From the NCBI GenBank assembly GCA_049303835.1, contig JBAQNN010000001.1, positions 1,762 to 65,761 on the forward strand: a stretch of DNA of 64,000 bases, in the 5' to 3' direction. Shown piece after piece: positions 57,894 through 64,000 of this stretch (positions are counted from its first letter, which is position 1; every line of letters starts with the position of its first letter). The notes beneath the pieces are model-generated. The model ran no database searches, was not told the origin of the DNA, and saw only the letters and a list, made by a program, of their open reading frames with translations. The position numbers and the translations under genes were made by a program. The DNA is from Minisyncoccia bacterium (GTDB lineage Bacteria > Patescibacteriota > Minisyncoccia > Phycocordibacterales > UBA9973).

Positions 57894-58337
57894 ATGACTA
57901 ATAATATTGCAAAACCAGTTTTATATGGAATACTCGCAAGCTTAATCCTGCTAGGAGTTTATTTTGTGGTGCTTACCTTAGTTTCTGGTTGGAGCTTTAC
58001 AAAAGAGCAGTTCGTAGATTATTGGTATTTTGTTGTTAGCTTGGCTGTAGGTTTCGGAATTCAGATTGCACTTTACCAATATATTAAAAGTCTAGTGCAT
58101 AGTGGAAAAGGTATGGGTAAGATGGTTGGCGTATCCGGAACTACTTCTACAGCTGCCATGATTTCTTGTTGTGCTCACTATTTAGTGAATCTAGTGCCTA
58201 TTCTTGGAGTGACTGGACTTGCAACATTTGCAGCACAATATCAAGTTAAGTTATTTTGGGTGGGAATTTTCTTTAATGTCGTTGGCATTGTGTATATGGT
58301 AAATAGAATTATTAAATTTAAAAAAGATCATGAATAA
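57894..58337 (+). CDS. membrane protein (147 aa)
   Basis: 4 TM. No motif. Confidence 0.4.
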   Translation: MTNNIAKPVLYGILASLILLGVYFVVLTLVSGWSFTKEQFVDYWYFVVSLAVGFGIQIALYQYIKSLVHSGKGMGKMVGVSGTTSTAAMISCCAHYLVNLVPILGVTGLATFAAQYQVKLFWVGIFFNVVGIVYMVNRIIKFKKDHE

Positions 58338-58797
58338 TAAAACCTTAACAATACTTACATTAGTACTTGCTTTTCTGGGAGGTTTCCTCTTTTTTTATCG
58401 TGGTGGTCCAACGAAAGAATTAGTTCCTGTTGTTAATCAAGCAAACCAGAAAACAACCACTAAACAAACTTGGGAAACGAAGACAGAAGAGCAAGCGAAT
58501 GTAACGGTAGTCATTACTCCTATAGACTTATCATTGAATTCTAAAGAATGGAAGTTTGACGTTGTCATGGACACGCATTCAGTCGAACTAGATCAAGATA
58601 TGATAAAAATTGCTATCATCGTCGATGATCAAGGCAAAGAATATAAACCAATACGCTGGGAAGGTGCGGAAGCAGGAGGACATCACAGAGAAGGTGTGTT
58701 AATATTTAGTCAGATAACACCAACCCCAAAATCCGTTGAATTAAAAATTTCCAGCATAGGTGATGTTGTCAGAAGTTTTATTTGGCAACTTAAATAA
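58330..58797 (+). CDS. hypothetical secreted protein (155 aa)
   Basis: N-terminal TM/signal. Overlaps neighbours, in operon. Confidence 0.35.
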   Translation: MNNKTLTILTLVLAFLGGFLFFYRGGPTKELVPVVNQANQKTTTKQTWETKTEEQANVTVVITPIDLSLNSKEWKFDVVMDTHSVELDQDMIKIAIIVDDQGKEYKPIRWEGAEAGGHHREGVLIFSQITPTPKSVELKISSIGDVVRSFIWQLK

Positions 58798-59416
58798 TAT
58801 GTCAAAAGATTGTTGCGATATAGATGAACTAAAACTTAATAATAAAGAAAATGATAAGCTCAAGATAGTATTTTGGATAGTTCTTATCATTAACTTGTCG
58901 ATGTTTTTAACCGAGTTTATTTCTGGTACCTTGTCTCATTCTAATGCCCTGATTGCCGACTCGCTTGATATGCTAGCAGACACATTTGTCTACGGTATTA
59001 GTATTTATGCCATAACCAAAAAGCAAACTGTTAAAGCAAATGTTTCGTTAGTAAAAGGAGTAATTATGATGCTACTGGGTCTATATGTGGTCGTTGAAAT
59101 AATTTATAAAATTATTAATCCAATTATTCCAACAGCAGAAGTTATTTCAATCATTGGTATTATTGCTCTCTTGGCTAACGCTGTTTCTTTCTTGCTTTTA
59201 CTTAAATATAGAAATGGTGACATAAATGCGAGGTCTTCTTGGATTTGCTCTAGAAACGACATATGGGCAAATGTGGCTGTTATTATTGCAGGACTTCTTG
59301 TGGGTTATTTCAACTCAATTGTGCCTGATATTCTTGCAGGTTTGGGTATTGTCATTGTCGTGCTTTATTCATCATTTCATATTATCAAAGAGTCTCTTCA
59401 TTACAGAAGTCATTAA
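58760..59416 (+). CDS. cation diffusion facilitator (CDF) family transporter, TMD only
   Basis: 'ADSLDMLADTFVYGISIYA' is the CDF signature (cf. CzcD 'ADSLHMLSD'). 218 aa. Confidence 0.65.
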   Translation: MMLSEVLFGNLNNMSKDCCDIDELKLNNKENDKLKIVFWIVLIINLSMFLTEFISGTLSHSNALIADSLDMLADTFVYGISIYAITKKQTVKANVSLVKGVIMMLLGLYVVVEIIYKIINPIIPTAEVISIIGIIALLANAVSFLLLLKYRNGDINARSSWICSRNDIWANVAVIIAGLLVGYFNSIVPDILAGLGIVIVVLYSSFHIIKESLHYRSH

Positions 59417-59451
59417 ACTATGAGTTTTTAAAAAGTATTAAAATTTTTAAC

Positions 59452-61698
59452 ATGAATCAACATAATCACAACACAATACAAGAAAAAGAAAAAGTTATTT
59501 ATACCTGTCCTATGCATCCAGAGGTACAAAAAACTGCACCGGGCAAATGTCCAAAGTGTGGAATGGTACTTGTTAAAAAAGAGGAAACAAAAACAGACCA
59601 AAGTGTTCACTCGGGACATTCAATGGGAGATATGTCTAAAATGGGATTTTGGCAGAAATTTAAAATGAGCATGTCTATGACTATGGGAATGGACCATACT
59701 GGTCTCGCTGGACGAGAAATGGCTCGCCTTATGGAAATAGATATTCGCAATAAATTCTTTTTCTCACTTTTATTAACTATTCCAATTATCCTTTACTCAC
59801 CACTTGGAACAAATTTTCTTAAAATAAACCTTCCGTCACCGCTACCTATTCCATGGCTCCTTTTTATTTTAACTACACCAGTATTTTTTTATTCTGGCTG
59901 GATTTTTCTATACTCAACATATTTTGCTCTAAAAAATAAACTGCTTAATATGGCAGTGCTTATCGCTGTTGGCATTACCGCTGCTTATGGTTTTAGTATT
60001 CTGCTTACTTTGATTGGCAGTATGGATTCATACTATGAAGCAGCTGCTATGCTTATTACTTTTGTCTTATTTGGTCACTGGATGGAAATGAAATCTAGAC
60101 GTGGGACAACAGATGCTCTGCAAGCGCTTTTTAATCTCGTACCACCTCAAGCTAGAGTTTTTAAAGATGGTAAAGAGATACTTGTTTCAACTTCCGAAAT
60201 ACAACTCGGAGACATTATCATTCTTAAGCCAGGAGATAAAGTCCCTGTTGACGGAGAAATAGTAGAGGGCGAAACAGCTATTGATGAATCTTTAGTTACA
60301 GGAGAATCAATACCTACAGCTAAAAATATTGGAGATCAAGTAATCGGAGGATCAATCAATGTTACTGGTTCAGTAAAATTCAAGGCAACAAAAATCGGCA
60401 AAGATACTGCTCTGGCTCGAATCGTAGCGATGGTTGAACAAGCACAAAACTCAAAAGCACCAGGACAAAGATTGGCTGATAGATTTGCGAAGTACTTAGT
60501 CATTGCAGCAGTCGGATCAGGTCTTTTAGTATTTTTTATTTGGTATTTTGTAGCAGGCTCAACATTTCTATTAGCACTTTCTTTTGCAATAGCAACTGTT
60601 GTTATTGCTTGTCCTGATGCGCTTGGACTTGCTACACCGACAGCTGTGGCTGTGGGTACTGGACTTGGAGCAAAACACAATATTCTTATAAAGGATGCAC
60701 CAACCCTTGAGCAAGTTTCAAAAATAGAAGCGATTGTCATGGATAAAACTGGTACGCTCACTGAGGGAAAACCAAAAGTCACAGATGTGGTTGCCTTCAA
60801 TGGATTCACGGAAAAAGATATATTGAATTATGAAGCAAGTGTTGAAGCTAGTTCCAATCATCCATTAGCTAAAGCAATTATGGAAGAAGCGACAAAAAGA
60901 GGAGCAATACCGCTTGAATCAATCGAAAAATTTGAATCAGTTGCGGGTCATGGATTAAAAGCAATAATCAAAGGAAAAATTGTATTTGCTGGAAATGAAA
61001 AACTTCTTACTGATAATAAAATTGAAATTGGTAATGCTAGAGAAATATTGGACCGCTTGGCAAGCGAGGGAAAGACCTTAAGTTTAATTGCCGTAGATGG
61101 AAAATTGGCAGGAGTTGTGGCAGCAGCTGATACTATCAAACTTAATGCTAAAAAGGCAGTTCTTAGATTAAAACAACTTGGTATTGAAGTTGCTATGATT
61201 ACTGGGGATCATAAAAAAGTAGCTGAAGCTGTTGGTCGTGAACTTGGTATAGATAGAGTTTTTGCTGAAGTTTTACCTGAGGATAAAGCAAAATACGTTA
61301 AAAAACTTCAAGATGAAGGAAAATTTACGGCAATGGTTGGAGATGGAGTTAATGATGCGCCTGCACTTGCTCAATCAGATGTAGGAATTGCCATTGGTGC
61401 GGGTACAGATGTTGCTATAGAAACGGCTAAAGTTGTTCTTATGAAATCTGATCCGCTGGACATACTTCGGGCTATTACTTTAAGCAAGGCAACAGTTCGC
61501 AAAATGAAACAAAATCTTTTTTGGGCTTCAATTTATAACCTCTTGGCTATTCCTATTGCTGGTGGAATTCTATATCCAAACTTTGGTATTATGCTCCGTC
61601 CAGAATTTGCGGCTCTCCTTATGAGTATATCCTCAATAATAGTTGCAACAAATGCGGTGTTACTTAAGCGAGTCGAGAAAGATTTAATTGCTGTCTAA
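59452..61698 (+). CDS. P1B-type heavy-metal (probably Cu+) translocating P-type ATPase with N-terminal metal-binding domain; TM6 motif reads CPD rather than CPC
   Basis: 'YTCPMHPEVQKTAPGKCPKCGM', 'DKTGTLT', 'GDGVNDAPAL', 'IACPDALGLATP'. Confidence 0.85.
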   Translation: MNQHNHNTIQEKEKVIYTCPMHPEVQKTAPGKCPKCGMVLVKKEETKTDQSVHSGHSMGDMSKMGFWQKFKMSMSMTMGMDHTGLAGREMARLMEIDIRNKFFFSLLLTIPIILYSPLGTNFLKINLPSPLPIPWLLFILTTPVFFYSGWIFLYSTYFALKNKLLNMAVLIAVGITAAYGFSILLTLIGSMDSYYEAAAMLITFVLFGHWMEMKSRRGTTDALQALFNLVPPQARVFKDGKEILVSTSEIQLGDIIILKPGDKVPVDGEIVEGETAIDESLVTGESIPTAKNIGDQVIGGSINVTGSVKFKATKIGKDTALARIVAMVEQAQNSKAPGQRLADRFAKYLVIAAVGSGLLVFFIWYFVAGSTFLLALSFAIATVVIACPDALGLATPTAVAVGTGLGAKHNILIKDAPTLEQVSKIEAIVMDKTGTLTEGKPKVTDVVAFNGFTEKDILNYEASVEASSNHPLAKAIMEEATKRGAIPLESIEKFESVAGHGLKAIIKGKIVFAGNEKLLTDNKIEIGNAREILDRLASEGKTLSLIAVDGKLAGVVAAADTIKLNAKKAVLRLKQLGIEVAMITGDHKKVAEAVGRELGIDRVFAEVLPEDKAKYVKKLQDEGKFTAMVGDGVNDAPALAQSDVGIAIGAGTDVAIETAKVVLMKSDPLDILRAITLSKATVRKMKQNLFWASIYNLLAIPIAGGILYPNFGIMLRPEFAALLMSISSIIVATNAVLLKRVEKDLIAV

Positions 61699-61772
61699 AA
61701 ATATAAAAAGGAACACAAAGAAAGCGGTATTCTTGTAATAAGAAATACCGCTTAAGTTGTTTGTTCTATTCT

Positions 61773-62012
61773 CTATTTCCATCTCGCAAAACTGAAATCA
61801 AGTATACAATCTTCTGCTTCTGAGAATGACAAATCATCTAACTCCTTAATGCGAGCTTCTTGTTCACTTTCTCCTTGAATATATGTATAAATCAAGTTAG
61901 TGAGCGTGCGACGTTGTCCTTCAGAAATCATTCCTTCGTCTACATATTCCACAGGAAAAGAATAACCTCTTCTTGGACCTTCAAAACTAGCTACAGCTGT
62001 ATTATTTATCAT
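61773..62012 (-). CDS. conserved small protein (79 aa), copy 2 of element right-end module
   Basis: Paralogue of 33468..33701. Confidence 0.55.
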   Translation of the reverse strand: MINNTAVASFEGPRRGYSFPVEYVDEGMISEGQRRTLTNLIYTYIQGESEQEARIKELDDLSFSEAEDCILDFSFARWK

Positions 62013-62035
62013 GTTTTTTATTAAGTTAATAATAA

Positions 62036-62707
62036 TTATTTCATCGGCAGTAAACTAGAAATTAACTCCGAAGCATCGAACCGTGATAGGTAAGGCGAGT
62101 TCAACTGGGATAGGTATTCGTCTTTTGATGAAGTAGAACATTTCTCATTTATCAATTGCGCCAAGAAAGTTTTTTGCTTCTCAGTGGCAAATTTTGGCAA
62201 ATCTTCGTGATTGAATGAGGCAACTCTATCGCGACCTTCAAGATCTGGTTCAGATAAATTGTCTTCTGCCATAAAGTCTTGAGAGAACAGGAAAGACATA
62301 CCAGTAGCTCGCAATATTCCATCCACAAAAGCTGATTTCTGTGCAACTTTAATAGTGGAATTTATAGACTCGTCGTGGTCTTTAATTGAAGCGCTACCAC
62401 GTCCTTCGCCACAAAGCACACCGTTTTTCTTCAAAATGCAACGATAAGCAACTGTTCCGCTAGTATCGCCAAAGAAAGCTAAAGATTCCTTATCAGCCAC
62501 AAATTGAGCAGTAATAGAGTATATTTCTGCCAATCGTTCAGCACCTCCTTTACTTAGAACCTTTCTGCCATTGTCTGCGATAAAGTAATCCTGTCCTTCA
62601 ACTAAGGTAGGTAATATATTATCAAGAAAGAATCTGCGTTTTTCATTTAGCGTTTCTACTCCTTTTTTAACAGAATTTATATCTGTTTGGACCATTGTTT
62701 CAATCAT
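62036..62707 (-). CDS. conserved hypothetical protein (223 aa), copy 2
   Basis: Paralogue of 33716..34258. Confidence 0.55.
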   Translation of the reverse strand: MIETMVQTDINSVKKGVETLNEKRRFFLDNILPTLVEGQDYFIADNGRKVLSKGGAERLAEIYSITAQFVADKESLAFFGDTSGTVAYRCILKKNGVLCGEGRGSASIKDHDESINSTIKVAQKSAFVDGILRATGMSFLFSQDFMAEDNLSEPDLEGRDRVASFNHEDLPKFATEKQKTFLAQLINEKCSTSSKDEYLSQLNSPYLSRFDASELISSLLPMK

Positions 62708-62892
62708 AAGTTTGAATTAAGTTTAATAATAAGAGAGCCTTTAAGATATTCAACTGTAAATTTATCTCCAATCGAAAAACCACTCTCGGTTAGAAAGTGG
62801 TTTGCGATGACTATCTTGGGAACTGTTGAAAGATCTCCTCGAATTCCATGTCTATGCTGGTAATAAATCTTCATTTCTTTTCTCATAAAGGT

Positions 62893-63207
62893 TTATTCTA
62901 TAGGAACGACAGATCTATAATAAAAGAGGTTCACTTTTCTAGGATAGCGTTTGATAACATTTCCTTGAGCATCTTTGCGCTCAATGTACATTACACTCTT
63001 CAGAGCCTTACTCCCTTTTTTGGGACGGTATCCCAAAGAGGCCCAAACGGAAAATGGAAGGGCAGACTTTTCTGCTGAGTAATTAGCTAGTTCACTCTCA
63101 CCCCATATTTTCTTTATTTGCTCAGCTACCATGTCACGCGTTTTTTCTGACCCATGCCAATTGCTAACTTTAGGGCCAGCTAAGATTTCTTTTATACTTT
63201 GAATCAT
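62893..63207 (-). CDS. conserved hypothetical protein (104 aa), copy 2
   Basis: Paralogue of 34426..34749. Confidence 0.55.
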   Translation of the reverse strand: MIQSIKEILAGPKVSNWHGSEKTRDMVAEQIKKIWGESELANYSAEKSALPFSVWASLGYRPKKGSKALKSVMYIERKDAQGNVIKRYPRKVNLFYYRSVVPIE

Positions 63208-63467
63208 AGATAATAAATAGATTAAATTTATACAAGAGACTAACTTGTACTTAAAAGATACATCGACCTTTATCTTTATCTACATAGTTTTTAATGTTTG
63301 TGTTATTAAGTATTTTAAATAAGTGATCCAGGGGGGCAGTTCGGAAAGATATATACTGGCGGGTTCCTCTAGGGTTAAGGATGTTATTTGCGGTTTTTGA
63401 ATTTATTCTAGAATCTAAAATCAAAGGCTCAAAAAAATTTCAAAAAATTTTACAGAAATTACCCTCT

Positions 63468-63495
63468 TTGCTTAACCCTTTTATGGGTGTATAAT
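63468..63495 (+). promoter_or_regulatory. conserved extended -10 promoter (TTGCTT, 16 nt, TG-TATAAT), paralogue of 35011-35039
   Basis: Read directly. Same spacing and flanking 'AAAGGCTCAAAAAAA' block as copy 1. Confidence 0.5.
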
Positions 63496-63502
63496 TGAAG
63501 TA

Positions 63503-63665
63503 CAATTTAATAAATCAGTAGCCTAAACCTTTAGCAAAAAAGGCATGGTGAAAGAAATCTCGTCAGAGTCAAAAAACCTATCATATAGGGTTTACTCTGA
63601 CGAGTCATATCTGGAAACAGGTATGGAGGACGCAAGTTCTCACCTATGTGGTAGGTTTTTTGCGT
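63503..63665 (+). ncRNA. candidate structured non-coding RNA (copy 2)
   Basis: Same conserved 5' block 'AGTAGCCTAAACCTTTAGCAAAAAAGGCATGGTGAAAG'. Hairpin TCTCGTCAGAGT/ACTCTGACGAG (compensatory relative to copy 1), GCAA-capped hairpin GGAC-GCAA-GTTC, terminal hairpin ACCTA-TGTGG-TAGGT plus TTTTTT. Confidence 0.5.
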
Positions 63666-63859
63666 TTAGATTTGTAATTTGTAAAGAGAGGATGTTTGTT
63701 ACTAATCAAGATTTAGTAACATCTAAATATTAATTCGAATAATATTTGGAGGAACTATATATTAAAATTTCACTAGCCAGATTAGGCTTATCATTTTTAT
63801 TCCACATCCTCTCCTTTTAGATTATAAGTTTGTGATTAATATTTAAATTGAAAAATAAT

Positions 63860-64000
63860 ATGAATAATTTAATTAATAATAAACAAATAATTATAACTGT
63901 GGGAATTATATTTATTGCTTTAGTTGGATATAAAATAATTTCTTCCAGTATTCAAGAGAGTAAAGAAAAAGCAGTATTGCAAGAAAGGGCTCAGTTGGAT
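63860..64000 (+). CDS. 5' end of a membrane/secreted protein gene (runs off window)
   Basis: 'MNNLINNKQIIITVGIIFIALVGYKIISS' has a TM/signal-like start. Truncated by the window end. Confidence 0.3.
   Translation, partial: MNNLINNKQIIITVGIIFIALVGYKIISSSIQESKEKAVLQERAQLD

Larger units (their letters stand above)
42789..63720. mobile_element. integrative element 2 (related to element 1): serine recombinase, prim-pol/AAA, mini PolX, unknown cargo plus copper/heavy-metal homeostasis island, conserved right-end module and ncRNA
   Basis: Same gene order as element 1. The paralogous three-gene module and conserved promoter/ncRNA recur at 61.7-63.7 kb. Extent is inferred and boundaries are approximate. 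Confidence 0.45.

Noticed and set aside
63545-63733. 62-aa ORF inside the conserved non-coding block near the window end
   Set aside because: It overlaps the promoter-driven structured RNA candidate. The paralogous block at 35.0-35.2 kb has no ORF, and the protein sequence is low-complexity with no RBS.

Overview
AT-rich (~35% GC) bacterial window with small, tightly packed genes; the reduced-genome (CPR/Patescibacteria-like) origin is an inference from gene content and style. Positions 1-22.2 kb are a housekeeping block: a partial UvrD-type helicase-nuclease, pheS, gyrB, an HTH plus Doc toxin-antitoxin pair, thrS, rpmF, a NusB-NUDIX fusion, rnc, a short SMC-like ATPase, a DD-carboxypeptidase-CapA fusion, rnr, rpsP, a KH protein, trmD and gatCA. 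Two small self-contained ~60% GC genes interrupt the rpsP-trmD region (17.2-17.9 kb and 18.7-19.0 kb). A tRNA cluster at 22.25-22.72 kb (two CAT-anticodon tRNAs and tRNA-Asp, each preceded by a direct repeat of its own 5' end) is followed by two related integrative elements in tandem. Each element encodes a large serine recombinase, a prim-pol/AAA ATPase fusion, a ~175-aa minimal Pol-beta (PolX) enzyme and, at its right end, a conserved three-gene module plus a conserved promoter driving a structured non-coding RNA. Element 1 (22.7-35.2 kb) carries the most interesting locus: a Dcm-type C5 methyltransferase, a GHKL/MORC-like ATPase and two unknown proteins, a candidate undescribed methylation-linked defence system. 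Element 2 (42.8-63.7 kb) carries two unknown genes, one with a PD-(D/E)xK-like motif, and a copper/heavy-metal homeostasis island. Between the elements lies an 1801-aa subtilase-Ig-repeat-dockerin surface protein next to a cohesin-like membrane protein. No CRISPR array or rRNA was seen. All functional calls rest on reading motifs in the translations and could not be checked against databases.
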